NCBI GenBank assembly: GCA_965222145.1 | Contig: CBDCTG010000001.1 | Location: forward strand, 684,146 to 748,145 | DNA: 64,000 bases | Source of the DNA: Dehalococcoidia bacterium | Lineage (GTDB): Bacteria > Chloroflexota > Dehalococcoidia > Lucifugimonadales > JADFKI01 | Reading direction: 5' to 3' | Shown: positions 1-10,291 of the stretch, in pieces | Layout: each line of letters opens with the position of its first letter | How positions within the stretch are numbered: position 1 is the stretch's first letter | Notes under the pieces: generated by a model | Told to the model about the DNA's origin: nothing | What the model saw: only the letters and a program-made list of their open reading frames with translations | Database searches by the model: none | Position numbers and translations under genes: made by a program

Positions 1-534
1 GATGTGCTGGACGCATACGGGCAGATTGACGTTCTGGTGAACAATGCCGGGCACAGCTCGCACCATCGGCGTCTCATGACAACCACACCGGAGGAGCTGA
101 ACGCTGTGCTGGAGACGAACGTGTCCGGCAGCGTCTATTGCTCGCAAGCGGTCGTTCCGCATATGAAGGGGCGCGGCGAAGGGACGATAATCAATGTGTC
201 ATCGATGGCAGGTGTGAATGCGAGCATGCTGGCCGGCATGGCGTATAGCGCGGCGAAGGCTGCCGTCATCAACTTCACGGCGTTTCTGAACGCAGAGCTG
301 AAGAATACGGGGATTCGGTCGAGCGTAGTCATTCCCGGCGAGGTGGACACACCTATACTGGACAATAGGCCGATTGTGCCGTCAGATGACGCGAGGGATA
401 CGATGGTAACTGCTGACGATGCGGCGGAAGCGATTTTCCTGATCGCGAACCTGCCGCAGAGGGCATGCATCCCCGAGTTGATAATCCGGCCGACATATCA
501 GCGGGACACCTCAGCGGAGGCTGGGGCGGCGTAA
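1..534 (+). CDS. Short-chain dehydrogenase/reductase (SDR), C-terminal part; 5' end outside window
   Basis: Frame is open from base 1. It carries the NNAG motif (VLVNNAGH) and the catalytic S...YxxxK (NVSSMAG...YSAAKAAV) of classical SDRs. Confidence 0.85.
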   Translation, partial: DVLDAYGQIDVLVNNAGHSSHHRRLMTTTPEELNAVLETNVSGSVYCSQAVVPHMKGRGEGTIINVSSMAGVNASMLAGMAYSAAKAAVINFTAFLNAELKNTGIRSSVVIPGEVDTPILDNRPIVPSDDARDTMVTADDAAEAIFLIANLPQRACIPELIIRPTYQRDTSAEAGAA

Positions 535-638
535 GAAGTTTGTCGGTCAGTCCCAGTTATTCAGTTTATCGGGCAAATCGTCAGTTATTGCGCGTTTGAC
601 CAATCAGTACGCTTGCCCAATCAATGCAGGAGGACACG

Positions 639-944
639 ATGCAGCAGCAGATACCGTTCTACATGGTACCATTGCTTGAGAAAGACCCCAAAATGGCAGA
701 GCTCCTCACTTCGAACAGAGATTTCATAGTCGCAGATGGCGCACTTTCATCTAAGGTGAAGACTCTGATGATGATGCTGTGCGACGCGCTGCTGGCGCAC
801 GAGGACGGCGTCAAGGCCATCGCTGACAGGGCGCGGGGCATGGGCGCGACTGAAGAGGAGATCGCGGAGACGATTCGGGTTGCGTTCTGGATGGGCGGAT
901 TGCCGGGCCTGGTTACGGGTGTGAACGCTTTCAGGGAAGATTAA
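639..944 (+). CDS. Carboxymuconolactone decarboxylase (AhpD-like) family protein
   Basis: Small helical protein of about 100 aa with the CMD-family pattern (SKVKTLMMMLCDALLAHEDGVKAIADRARGMGATEEEIAETI). AGGAGG at 628-633 lies 5 nt before the ATG at 639, so I prefer 639 over the ORF-track start at 624. Confidence 0.75.
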   Translation: MQQQIPFYMVPLLEKDPKMAELLTSNRDFIVADGALSSKVKTLMMMLCDALLAHEDGVKAIADRARGMGATEEEIAETIRVAFWMGGLPGLVTGVNAFRED

Positions 945-957
945 GCACGCCCACGAA

Positions 958-1947
958 CTAGGTTCTGTCCAACGCCTCCGGATTGACGCACCCTGGCATC
1001 GCCTCGCCCCGGAGCGCGGCGATGATGTTGCCGGCTGACATTTGCCCCATTCGGCGCACAGTCTGGCGGCTGGCGCTTGCTATGTGAGGCGTAACCAGCA
1101 GGTTGTCCAGCGACAGCAGCGGGTCGTCGAACGGAATCGGCTCAGGGTCGGTTACATCTATAGCCGCGCCTGATATGGAGCCGCCTGCCAATGCTTCGTG
1201 GAGATCGCGCGGGTTCACGGTTCTTCCGCGCGTGGTGTTGATGAGGAAGGCAGTGGGCTGCATCAGATTGAGTTCGCGTTTGCCAATCATGTACTCGGTA
1301 TCGGACGTAAGGGGCATGTGCAGGCTCACGAAATCGGCCTCCGACAGCACGGTGTCCATGTCGTTGCGCCACTCCGCGCCAAGGTCTGCCTCCAATTCCG
1401 GCTTGCGCGTGCGGGAGTAATAGACTATCCGCATGTCGAACGCCCGCGCCCGCCGGGCAACCGCCGTGCCAATCAGTCCCATGCCGATGATGCCGAGCGT
1501 CGCCCCATGCACGTCCGTGCCGAGATATGGAATCTGGTCGAAGACCGTCCATTCTTTGGCGCGGATTTTGCGTTCGCCGTAGGATATGTTCCTTGCGAGT
1601 GAAAGTATGAGGCCGAAGGTGAAGTCTGCGCACGACTCGTGCAGCACGCCGGGTGTGTTGCCAATCAGAATGCCATTGCGCGTGGCTGCCGGGATGTCTA
1701 TGTTGTCCAAGCCGACGGCGCGGTTGGCGACCACCTTGAGCGTTTTGGCGCTGTCGAGCAGGTCGGCGTCGATGATGTCGGTTACTTCGGTGAGTAGAGC
1801 ATCGCATTCCTGAACCTTTTCAAGCAGCAATGCGCGGGGCGGCGGCGAGTTCTGCTGCCATACCTCTACGTCGTACATACCTTGGAGGTATGATATTGCC
1901 TCGGGGATAATGTGGCTGCGCGTGATGAAAATCTTGTGGTTGGGCAT
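958..1947 (-). CDS. D-2-hydroxyacid dehydrogenase / glyoxylate-hydroxypyruvate reductase family
   Basis: 329 aa with the NAD Rossmann motif GIIGMGLIGTAVARRA and the catalytic R...E...H arrangement (TRGRTVN...LVTPHIASAS) typical of D-isomer-specific 2-hydroxyacid dehydrogenases. Confidence 0.85.
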   Translation of the reverse strand: MPNHKIFITRSHIIPEAISYLQGMYDVEVWQQNSPPPRALLLEKVQECDALLTEVTDIIDADLLDSAKTLKVVANRAVGLDNIDIPAATRNGILIGNTPGVLHESCADFTFGLILSLARNISYGERKIRAKEWTVFDQIPYLGTDVHGATLGIIGMGLIGTAVARRARAFDMRIVYYSRTRKPELEADLGAEWRNDMDTVLSEADFVSLHMPLTSDTEYMIGKRELNLMQPTAFLINTTRGRTVNPRDLHEALAGGSISGAAIDVTDPEPIPFDDPLLSLDNLLVTPHIASASRQTVRRMGQMSAGNIIAALRGEAMPGCVNPEALDRT

Positions 1948-1983
1948 GTTTTCACCTAAGAGTCAGTTATCAGTGATCAGTTG

Positions 1984-2508
1984 TCAGGAGTGGGTCTGAA
2001 TATAATCTCTCATATCAGACTTTTTCCACCTGATAGGCGTTGCAATTTTGGGTAGAACGCGCGGATGCCTTGGCTCACCTGTTTTTGTCAAGCGCAAATG
2101 GTATGGGCGCGTTACTTTGCATACCATCCGCACTACGCGCGCGGCTCGCTTCTTGAATTCTGGGTCTTTAGCGACGTCACCGCCCCATGCAAGAACTATC
2201 TGGTCGGCTGCTCCGATCGCGGCACGAATAAAGGCGTTGTTGCGCTTGCCGATTGGCCTTTTCACTTTCCATAGTCCTGTGGGGTCCGTAGATTTGAAAG
2301 CGAATAGGTTGACAACTTCCATCGTTCCGTAGCCCCAATCTCGTGCAAAGTTTGTGCAGCGTGTAATTGTCTGATCGGGTTTATTTGCATCTGCTTTGGA
2401 AGGATTGAGCATAATGAACAACAGGCGTCGCGGTGAATCGCTAATCCGTCTTCCCAAGAGGTAGCGATATTTGCCTTTTGGGGAAAAACAGGCCCAGCCG
2501 TCGGTCAT
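1984..2508 (-). CDS. DUF1643 domain protein
   Basis: 174 aa with the pattern RLLFIMLNPSKAD...VVNLFA...IVLAWGG...PRHP characteristic of DUF1643. Its start overlaps the queG stop by 4 nt (ATGA at 2505-2508). GC on sampled lines is about 43-50%, lower than the neighbours. Confidence 0.7.
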   Translation of the reverse strand: MTDGWACFSPKGKYRYLLGRRISDSPRRLLFIMLNPSKADANKPDQTITRCTNFARDWGYGTMEVVNLFAFKSTDPTGLWKVKRPIGKRNNAFIRAAIGAADQIVLAWGGDVAKDPEFKKRAARVVRMVCKVTRPYHLRLTKTGEPRHPRVLPKIATPIRWKKSDMRDYIQTHS

Positions 2509-3710
2509 GATACATTAACCTCCTCAATGGCCTGTCGAATCTCTTCCAGAACCTCGGAATCCGTCTCAACTTCAAGAGCGTTGAGTAGGGCAGCATCCGC
2601 TTGCTCGGCGTCGATGCGTCCGAGCGCCCATGCTGCGTGCTGACGCACAAGATTGCTGTCGCTGTGGAGTGCGCCGATGAGAGCGGGGACTGCGACCGGA
2701 TCGCCGATGTTGCCGAGCGCGACGCACACATTGCGCTGTAGCCCGATGCGCTTCGCGCGCTTGATTGGGCTGCGGCTAAAACGCTCGCTGAAGGCTGCCT
2801 GGTCGAGTTCAAGCAATGGAATGAGCGCGGGAGCCGCGAAGTCGTGGCGCTGCTGAAAGGCAGGTTCGAGGCTACCGATTGCCTTGCGGTTGACAGGGCA
2901 GACATCCTGACAGATGTCGCACCCGAAAACCCAATCTCCGACCAGAGGGCGAAGTTCGCGTGGGATTGCGCCGCGTAGCTCGATGGTAAGGTATGAAATG
3001 CAGCGCTTGTTGTCTATGACATAAGGAGAGACAATTGCCCCTGTAGGGCAAGCGTCTATGCAGAGGACACACTCGCCGCAGGTCTTCTTTAGTGGCGCGT
3101 CTGGTTCGAGTGGAATGTCGGTGATTACCTGCGCCAGAAATACCCACGAGCCGTGGCTCTGCGTCAGGATGTTGGTGTTCTTGCCGAACCAGCCGATACC
3201 TGCGCGGGCCGCAGCCGCGCGGTCATTCATTGGTCCGTCGTCAACGAAAATGCGAGTGCTGACCGGGCGCCCTGCGATGGATGGCAACTTGGAGACGAAC
3301 TTGCGGAGACGCTTCTTGATGACATCGTGGTAGTCGTCGCCCCATGCGTAGCGGGCTATCTTGCCGCGGGGCTGAGAATCAGGTGGATTCGGCTCGCCCG
3401 TGTTGTAGCTGAGTGCGAGCGATATGACTGATTTTGCGCCTTCGAGAAGTTCCTGCGGACGGTTGGCACGGCGCACTCGCTCTTCGGTGTACCATGAAAA
3501 GCCGTCCATGTGCCCGTCGCGGATGCGCTTCAGAGCGGCTGCTTCGTCGCGCGAGAATGCGTCGGCGGTTGTGAAGCGCACGATGTCAAATCCACAGCTA
3601 CCGCCTAGCCGCCTTATCGCCTCTTCCAAACCTGAGTCTATTGCACACAAATTATTACATCCAATGATGATTAAGCCTAGGCCAGTATTGGCCATTGCAA
3701 TAAAGAACAT
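2505..3710 (-). CDS. queG: tRNA epoxyqueuosine(34) reductase
   Basis: 401 aa with two 4Fe-4S ferredoxin motifs (CGECVLCIDACPTGA, CDICQDVCPVN) and C-terminal HEAT-like repeats (VAVPALIGALHSDSNLVRQHAAWALGRI), which is the QueG architecture. The start may instead be the downstream Met (MANTG). Confidence 0.85.
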   Translation of the reverse strand: MFFIAMANTGLGLIIIGCNNLCAIDSGLEEAIRRLGGSCGFDIVRFTTADAFSRDEAAALKRIRDGHMDGFSWYTEERVRRANRPQELLEGAKSVISLALSYNTGEPNPPDSQPRGKIARYAWGDDYHDVIKKRLRKFVSKLPSIAGRPVSTRIFVDDGPMNDRAAAARAGIGWFGKNTNILTQSHGSWVFLAQVITDIPLEPDAPLKKTCGECVLCIDACPTGAIVSPYVIDNKRCISYLTIELRGAIPRELRPLVGDWVFGCDICQDVCPVNRKAIGSLEPAFQQRHDFAAPALIPLLELDQAAFSERFSRSPIKRAKRIGLQRNVCVALGNIGDPVAVPALIGALHSDSNLVRQHAAWALGRIDAEQADAALLNALEVETDSEVLEEIRQAIEEVNVS

Positions 3711-3819
3711 CTGGGCAGTTATGTTGACCGCCGTTGCTTCAGCATTATATCATCACGCTTAATAATAAATTTTTACACGTCAGTCTACCGTCCAGCGTGC
3801 GAAACCTGCTGGAATCTCC

Positions 3820-3849
3820 TTGATTTAACCCACCTTACTTTGCTATATT
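3820..3849 (+). promoter_or_regulatory. Putative sigma70-type promoter for the guaB3-like gene
   Basis: TTGATT (3820-3825), 18-nt spacer, TGcTATATT (extended -10, hexamer 3844-3849). GGGAGGG Shine-Dalgarno at 3869-3875 and TTG start at 3883. Confidence 0.45.
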
Positions 3850-3882
3850 CAGGCAATCCATAATTTTTGGGAGGGTCGTATC

Positions 3883-5022
3883 TTGGCAACACCTCGCATC
3901 AAAAAACTACGACGAGTCTATGGATTTGATGAAGTCGCAATCGTTCCGGGAGAGGTTACCATCAATCCCGAGTTGGTGAGTACGGACTTCCCGATTGACG
4001 GCATTACACTGAAAATGCCGGTGCTTGCTTCCGCAATGGACGCGGTTGGATCGCCCAAATTCGTGGGGAAAATGAACGAATTGGGAGGACTCGGGGTAAT
4101 GAACCTCGAAGGTGTGCAGGCGCGGTATGATGACCCGGATGAGATTCTAAACCTGATTGTCACCACGCCGCAGGACGAGGTTACGAGCCTGCTGCAAAAG
4201 CTCTACACGGCACCCATACGACCTGAGCTAGTAGGTGAGCGGGTAGAAGAGATGAAGAAAAACGGCGCTGCGTGCGCCGTTTCTGTTACTCCTGCGAATA
4301 CCAAGGGACTTGCCCTGATTGCGGCTGAGGCAGGTGCGGACATGATTGTGGTTCAGTCCACAGTTACGACCGCAAGGCATATCTCTACCAGCGCGCGTGG
4401 GCTGCGTTTTCCGGAACTGCTTGAGATGCTTGACGTGCCGGTGCTGGTTGGCAACTGCGTAGCTTTCGATGTGGCGCTTGAGCTTATGGAGACGGGCATC
4501 CAAGGCGTGCTCGTAGGTGTTGGCCCGGGCGCCGCATGCACCACGCGCGAGGTCACGGGTGTTGGTGTGCCGCAGGTGAGCGCAACGTTAGACTGCGCCG
4601 CTGCCCGCGACGAATACTATGCACAGACCGGGCGCTATGTACCGATAATCACGGATGGGGGCATACGGACGGGCGGAGACCTCTGCAAGGCATTCGTATG
4701 CGGTGCGGACGCGGTGATGTTGGGCACGCCGCTTGCGCAGTCCGAGGAGGCGCCGGGCAAGGGCTACAACTGGGGTATGGCGAACCCGCATCCCGCACTG
4801 CCGCGAGGAACGCGCGTCAAGGTTGGCATAAACGGCAGCCTTGAGCAGATTCTGTATGGTCCAACTTCGGTTACCGACGGTACACAGAATCTGATGGGCG
4901 CCTTGCAGGTATGCATGGGAATGATTGGTGCGCAGACTATACAGGAAATGCACGACGCGGAGGTCGTGGTTGCGCCGTCGATAAAGACAGAGGGCAAGCA
5001 CTACCAGTTGGGCATGGAGTAA
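3883..5022 (+). CDS. GuaB3-type IMP dehydrogenase-related protein (no CBS domains)
   Basis: 379 aa IMPDH/GMPR TIM-barrel pattern ([12 protein letters not shown]..., [32 protein letters not shown]) without a CBS pair. TTG start. Confidence 0.85.
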   Translation: MATPRIKKLRRVYGFDEVAIVPGEVTINPELVSTDFPIDGITLKMPVLASAMDAVGSPKFVGKMNELGGLGVMNLEGVQARYDDPDEILNLIVTTPQDEVTSLLQKLYTAPIRPELVGERVEEMKKNGAACAVSVTPANTKGLALIAAEAGADMIVVQSTVTTARHISTSARGLRFPELLEMLDVPVLVGNCVAFDVALELMETGIQGVLVGVGPGAACTTREVTGVGVPQVSATLDCAAARDEYYAQTGRYVPIITDGGIRTGGDLCKAFVCGADAVMLGTPLAQSEEAPGKGYNWGMANPHPALPRGTRVKVGINGSLEQILYGPTSVTDGTQNLMGALQVCMGMIGAQTIQEMHDAEVVVAPSIKTEGKHYQLGME

Positions 5023-5061
5023 TTTCTGCCTTCATCCTAAACGGAATAACACACTCAACGA

Positions 5062-5090
5062 ACAGAGGTAGCCATAATCGCTGCCTCTGT
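5062..5090. terminator. Hairpin between convergent guaB3-like and prmC genes
   Basis: ACAGAGGTAGC / GCTGCCTCTGT forms an 11-bp stem (one G-U pair) with a 7-nt loop, lying between the two stop codons (5022 and 5093). The U-tract is weak. Confidence 0.45.
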
Positions 5091-5092
5091 TG

Positions 5093-5956
5093 CTATGTTG
5101 AGATTGTTACACATCTAGCCAACCCTAGCAGATCGCTAATGTACTTGATGTCAGAGCCAGGGAACTGCTCCTGCGCCATAGCGCAAACCTGCTCTAACTG
5201 CTCTGGAGAAATCTCCAGTATTAGCCGCCCACCCCCATTCAGCTTAGAAGGCGCTTGTCCCAGCAGCCGGCGTATCACCTCCAAGCCTTGTTCGCCGCCG
5301 TCAAGGGCGAGCTGAGGTTCCCGTAGAACTTCCGAGGGCAAACCGGGCAGCAGGTGGTTGGCAATGTATGGCGGGTTTGAGACTATCAGGTCAACACGCT
5401 GAACTATGGGTGCGAGCAAGTCTCCTCTATGGAGTGAAACACGGTCGGCAACGCCGCGCCTTTGACGGTTGTAATTGGCAACTTCCAATGCATCGGCAGA
5501 GCAGTCTGTGGCGAACACGCTCGAGTCTGGTAGATTGACTCCGATGGCTATGGCGATCGCGCCGCTTCCTGTGCCAATGTCGGCGATTGCGATACCATCG
5601 TTGGAATGCTCCCGCGCGAACGCCAACGCCGCATCAACGAGTAGCTCGGTCTCCTGTCTCGGAATCAGGACATTGGGACTGACGAAGAAGTCCAAACCGT
5701 AGAACTCCCTTTGTCCCGTGATGTACGCGAGAGGCTCCCTGTCAATTCTGCGATCAACAAGATCCTGAATGTGCTGAATTTGCTCTGCGCTGATGTGCTC
5801 ATTCAGCGAGGCGTAGAATTGTGCGCGGTCGTATTTCAGAGCATGCCTAAGCAGGACTTCAGCTTCGAGACGGCTGTCTGAGATTCCGTTCCGTTCGAGT
5901 GTCGCCTCTACTTCGGACGCAACCTGCCTGATTTTGTCAGACACGGCAACCCTCAA
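5093..5956 (-). CDS. prmC: Release-factor glutamine N5-methyltransferase
   Basis: 287 aa with the SAM motif DIGTGSGAIAI and the NPPY motif (IVSNPPYI). It overlaps the prfA stop by 4 nt, the classical prfA-prmC arrangement. Confidence 0.9.
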   Translation of the reverse strand: MRVAVSDKIRQVASEVEATLERNGISDSRLEAEVLLRHALKYDRAQFYASLNEHISAEQIQHIQDLVDRRIDREPLAYITGQREFYGLDFFVSPNVLIPRQETELLVDAALAFAREHSNDGIAIADIGTGSGAIAIAIGVNLPDSSVFATDCSADALEVANYNRQRRGVADRVSLHRGDLLAPIVQRVDLIVSNPPYIANHLLPGLPSEVLREPQLALDGGEQGLEVIRRLLGQAPSKLNGGGRLILEISPEQLEQVCAMAQEQFPGSDIKYISDLLGLARCVTIST

Positions 5957-7026
5957 CCGCCGAATGCGAGTGCGTCCGCCTGCTCTTGCTGAATGAGAGC
6001 GTTAATGAACTCGTCGATGTCCCCGTCAAGAACGCTCTCTAGACTGTAGCTGGATAGGTTTACGCGGTGGTCGGTCACGCGCCCCTGCGGGAAATTGTAA
6101 GTGCGGACGCGCTGGGAGCGGTCGCCGCTTCCGACCTGATTCCGGCGCACCTCGGATATTTTCTGATGCTGGCGTTCAATCTCGCGCGCAAGGAGTCTTG
6201 AGCGCAGCACCGCCATCGCCTTTTCGCGGTTCTTGAGCTGCGAGCGCTCGTCCTGACAAGTCGCGACGATGCCGGTCGGAACATGCGTGATTCGTACTGC
6301 CGTCTCGACCTTCTGCACATTCTGTCCGCCATGGCCGCCGGCTCGGAATATATCGATGTCCAATTCTTCAGGCTTAATGTCGACGTCCACTTCCTCCGCT
6401 TCCGGCAACACTGCGACAGTTGCGGCGGACGTGTGAATGCGTCCGCTGGATTCTGTTACGGGTACGCGCTGTACACGGTGGCCGCCGCTCTCGTGCTTCA
6501 GACGGCTGTAAGCGCCGCGACCGCGCAGCTCGAACACAATCTCCTTGATGGCGCCCAACCCTGTCTGGTTGACGTCGATGACCTCGGTCTTCCAGCCGTT
6601 ACGTTGTGCGTAGCGAGTGTACATCCGGTAAAGGTCGGACGCGAAGAGACCTGCTTCGTCGCCTCCTGTACCGGCGCGTATTTCAAGGATGACATTCTTC
6701 TCGTCGTTGGGGTCTTTGGGGATAAGCTCGATGCGCAGGTCAGATTCGACGCGCTCGATGTCCGCCTGCAATTCCAACTCCTCTTCTCTAGCCAGTGCAA
6801 TCATTTCGGAGTCGGACTCTTCGCGGATGAGTGCGTGCACCTCAACAAGCTGTGTCTGCGCTTCGCGGTACTCGCGCGACAGTTCAACGATGGTGCGAAT
6901 GGACGACTGCTCCTTGGCGAGCGTCTGTATGCGTGTGTAGTCAGCAGACACTTCGGGGTCCGCCATTAGACTGTCGATTTCGTCGTAGCGTTGCTCGATA
7001 GCCTCAAGCCGCTCTTGCATTGTCAT
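5953..7026 (-). CDS. prfA: Peptide chain release factor 1
   Basis: 357 aa with the GGQ motif (AGGHGGQNVQKVETAVRITH) and the RF1-type PxT tripeptide (RVPVTESSGRIHTS). Confidence 0.95.
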   Translation of the reverse strand: MTMQERLEAIEQRYDEIDSLMADPEVSADYTRIQTLAKEQSSIRTIVELSREYREAQTQLVEVHALIREESDSEMIALAREEELELQADIERVESDLRIELIPKDPNDEKNVILEIRAGTGGDEAGLFASDLYRMYTRYAQRNGWKTEVIDVNQTGLGAIKEIVFELRGRGAYSRLKHESGGHRVQRVPVTESSGRIHTSAATVAVLPEAEEVDVDIKPEELDIDIFRAGGHGGQNVQKVETAVRITHVPTGIVATCQDERSQLKNREKAMAVLRSRLLAREIERQHQKISEVRRNQVGSGDRSQRVRTYNFPQGRVTDHRVNLSSYSLESVLDGDIDEFINALIQQEQADALAFGG

Positions 7027-7350
7027 AGGGAGTCGCGCTCGCTGGAAATGGTTAAAACTTTGCTTCAGTGTAGTATATCAGATACTGTTCGCAAGCAGAT
7101 GTTGCTAACTCGAAAGGCTTCTACATACCAATCGCAAATTCAACGAGCGTCAGAATTATGGCCGTACCGTGATCCTTGACCTATGGGTGAGGAATCTTTA
7201 ATCTGGATATATAGATACCTTCGCGCGAATAAACAGACTAGGTAGAAATTTGCTCTGTATCTTCAGAGTTTCTGACGCTAGTGGTCATTTGGAAACCGGA
7301 TGTCGGCCACTCACACGTTAGAGCAGAGTGGACGGCGCAAGGAGGGCGGC

Positions 7351-8244
7351 ATGAAAGTTCTCGTCGCGGGGTCATCAGGCCTGATTGGTACTGCGCTTGT
7401 ACGTCGGCTGCTGGACGATGGGAATGAAGTCCTGCGCCTAGTTAGGCGAACACCTGCCGCCGACGATGAAGTACGCTGGGAACCTGCCGCGGGTAGCATA
7501 GACGCATCTGCACTCGTGGGAGTGGAAGCGGTTGTACACCTAGGCGGTGCGAGCATTGCTGGAAAGCGATGGAATGAGGCGTACAAGAGAGAGATTCGCG
7601 ATAGCCGTGTCAACAGCACACTCTTTATGGCTGAGACGCTGGCTCACCTTGACCCGAAGCCTTCCGTATTTCTGTGCGCTTCTGCTCTCGGATATTATGG
7701 GATTAGGGCAGACGAACTTCTCACTGAAGATTCACCTCAAGGTACTGGCTTCCTTGCCGATGTAACGGCCGAATGGGAAGCAGCGACATCACCTGCGTCC
7801 GACGCCGGCATTCGCGTATGCAATATGCGAATGGGCGTAGTACTCAGCCAAACGGGTGATCTTCCCCGCAGTCTGTTGCTACCGTTCAAGCTGGGACTGG
7901 GCGGCAAGCTCGGCAGTGGCAGGCAGTACATGAGCTGGGTTCACCTCGACGATGTCGTTGATGCGTTCGCCTATGCCCTGAAGACACCCACGCTGCGAGG
8001 TCCGTTGAATGTGTCTGCGCCAAATCCAGCAACGAACGCCGAATTCACGCGAGCTCTTGCCGGCGTCCTGTCGCGCCCTGCGCTATTCACCGTGCCGGCG
8101 TTCGCGCTTCGCGTAGTCATGGGAGAGGCAGCGGAGTTCGTGCTTGGTTCTGCAAGGTTGCACCCGCAGCGTCTGACTGAGAGTGGGTTCGAGTTCAAGT
8201 GGGAGAGCATTGAACCCGCATTGCGAGATATTATAGGCAGTTAG
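7351..8244 (+). CDS. TIGR01777/YfcH-type epimerase family protein (NAD Rossmann domain plus DUF1731)
   Basis: MKVLVAGSSGLIGTAL Rossmann N-terminus preceded by AAGGAGGG. C-terminal pattern LGSARLHPQRLTESGFEFKW is typical of the DUF1731 tail. I prefer this start over the ORF-track start at 7300. Confidence 0.8.
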   Translation: MKVLVAGSSGLIGTALVRRLLDDGNEVLRLVRRTPAADDEVRWEPAAGSIDASALVGVEAVVHLGGASIAGKRWNEAYKREIRDSRVNSTLFMAETLAHLDPKPSVFLCASALGYYGIRADELLTEDSPQGTGFLADVTAEWEAATSPASDAGIRVCNMRMGVVLSQTGDLPRSLLLPFKLGLGGKLGSGRQYMSWVHLDDVVDAFAYALKTPTLRGPLNVSAPNPATNAEFTRALAGVLSRPALFTVPAFALRVVMGEAAEFVLGSARLHPQRLTESGFEFKWESIEPALRDIIGS

Positions 8245-8263
8245 CTGATTCTCAATCCCTTGG

Positions 8264-9397
8264 TCATCGCATCCCGAGCACCCCAAAAACGAGCCGCTGC
8301 ACCGACTGGGCGCTCGCCTCTGCAAAAGTTCTCGCATCCCTGATCATGTCGGTCTGAACGGGAATGTCGTCCACATCCCGCAGCGAGGAAACGGCGTATT
8401 TTTCGCTGTACGCCTGCGGTATATTTGCGGACAGACGCTGCTCGGACATAACCGCAAAGTCCAACGCCCATGCCCGCGCCACCGCCTGCAAATCGTATCC
8501 TCCGCCGCCAAGAGCGAGCCACTTGCCCACTCCGAGCGATGCCAACTCTTCTACGACTGCCGCGTGCCCCTGCACGGACAGGGCCAAGTGCGTAATCGGG
8601 TCTTTGAAGTGCGAGTCAATGCCCAGTTGCGTAACTAGCGCATCGGGGCGAAACCTTCGCAATAAGGGCATCGCCACTTCACGCACCGCCCACAGATATA
8701 CCTCATCAGTCGTGTAGGGATAAAGAGGCACGTTGACCGAGTAGCCCCTGCCTCTGCCGGCGCCGATCTCCTGTGTGTGCCCCGTGCCCGGAAACAAGAA
8801 CGCTCCCGACTCGTGAAGCGAAATCGTCATCACCCCGTCAGTGTCGTAGAATGCATGTTGTACTCCGTCTCCGTGATGGCAGTCGATGTCAACGTAAGCC
8901 ACTTTCATGCCTTGCGCCAGGAGGCGCTTGATGCCGATGACCGGGTCGTTGAAGACGCAGAAACCATAGGCATAGGATGGCATCGCGTGGTGGAGACCCC
9001 CCGATATGCTGAACGCCGCATCCACCTCGTCCGAAAGCAGCAACTCGACCGCCGTCAATGTCGCGCCCGTGGACAGGGCTGAGGCGTCATAGATGCCTTG
9101 ATAGGCGGGGTTGTCTCCAGGTCCGAAATTGAACCTCATCTGGTCCACGCTGGAGTCCCCATCGTTCAGCTGCCGCACCGCCTCAATGTATTCAGGTGAG
9201 TGATACCAAAGCAGTTCATCGTTCGCGGCGACGCGCGGGCCGACCAAAGACACGTTCGGGGCATCAAACGCGCCGTAGGCTTGCAGCAGTTCATGGGTAT
9301 AGCGGAGACGGACCGGCTTCATCGGGTGCGTCTCGCTCAATGTGTGCTGCGAGAGGCTGTCAGAGTATATCAAAGCCGTCTTACGCGCCATCATCAA
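8264..9397 (-). CDS. Histone deacetylase family / AcuC-like deacetylase
   Basis: 377 aa with HDAC signature blocks (SGGLHHAMPSYAYGFCVFND, YVDIDCHHGDGVQHAFY, GGGGY). Confidence 0.85.
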   Translation of the reverse strand: MMMARKTALIYSDSLSQHTLSETHPMKPVRLRYTHELLQAYGAFDAPNVSLVGPRVAANDELLWYHSPEYIEAVRQLNDGDSSVDQMRFNFGPGDNPAYQGIYDASALSTGATLTAVELLLSDEVDAAFSISGGLHHAMPSYAYGFCVFNDPVIGIKRLLAQGMKVAYVDIDCHHGDGVQHAFYDTDGVMTISLHESGAFLFPGTGHTQEIGAGRGRGYSVNVPLYPYTTDEVYLWAVREVAMPLLRRFRPDALVTQLGIDSHFKDPITHLALSVQGHAAVVEELASLGVGKWLALGGGGYDLQAVARAWALDFAVMSEQRLSANIPQAYSEKYAVSSLRDVDDIPVQTDMIRDARTFAEASAQSVQRLVFGVLGMR

Positions 9398-10191
9398 CCC
9401 TCAACTCTCGACGATTCGCGGCCAAGCGCAATGCTCATATCCGCCTCAGCGATGGTGAAGGCTTGTCCCGTCGCCGACGTTATATCTCCAAGCTCAGTCC
9501 GCACCGCATCCTCCCAGGCGGGGTTGATGTGCGACACAACAATCTGCGGCGTACGCCCGTGTATCTCGCTGAAAGCGTCGAGTTCTGCCATCAGCAACTT
9601 CGGCGTCAAGTGTCCCGCCGCCCTCGCGCTCGCCTCATTCTCATTGCCGAATGTAACCTCTGTGAGCAAAACATCCGGCGCTACATGTTCCCATGCCGCG
9701 CCCAGCCCTCTGCCCGTGTCTCCGGTGTAGAACAGTCTTACATTGCCATCGCCAATCTGGAATCCTGCCGCGGGAACGGAATGGGGCACAGGCACAGCTA
9801 TCGCGTCATAGCCCAGCACCTCAAACTGTTCGTAGAACTTGACGGCGTGCATCCGAAGGGTTGGAGCTTCTACGCTTGGCGAACTAAGAAAGTCAGGGAA
9901 CAGCCTGCCGTTCATCAGCGTTTCAGTTACGGCGTCAACCGTGTCCTGAATTGCGTACACATCTATAGTGACGCCCTCGTTGCGAACTGCGATGCCCAGA
10001 GGCAGTAGGTCCTTCACGTGGTCGAAGTGCCTGTGGGACAGGATGATGGCGCGTATTCCTCGCAATTCGTCGTGCGTCAGCGAGCGCGTGAGCGACCCCG
10101 CATCCAAGGCGAGTACGCCGTCAATCAGGTGGCTTTCCATCCTCGTATGGCGGCTCTCCACATTGTGCGCCCCAAGTACCCTGAGTTTCAT
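9394..10191 (-). CDS. MBL-fold metallo-hydrolase (class II cyclic-nucleotide phosphodiesterase-like)
   Basis: 265 aa with the HxHxDH motif (LSHRHFDHV). The N-terminal MKLRVLGAHN and late HINP motif resemble class II cNMP phosphodiesterases. Its stop overlaps the start of the deacetylase gene by 4 nt. Confidence 0.7.
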   Translation of the reverse strand: MKLRVLGAHNVESRHTRMESHLIDGVLALDAGSLTRSLTHDELRGIRAIILSHRHFDHVKDLLPLGIAVRNEGVTIDVYAIQDTVDAVTETLMNGRLFPDFLSSPSVEAPTLRMHAVKFYEQFEVLGYDAIAVPVPHSVPAAGFQIGDGNVRLFYTGDTGRGLGAAWEHVAPDVLLTEVTFGNENEASARAAGHLTPKLLMAELDAFSEIHGRTPQIVVSHINPAWEDAVRTELGDITSATGQAFTIAEADMSIALGRESSRVEG

Positions 10192-10291
10192 GGCAACTCC
10201 TCCTTTAACCTACTTGCCCTGAACCTATCAAAAGGTCAGATGAATTGCAGACCAACCCGATTGGTAGCGTTTAGACCGCGCGACTAGGAAA

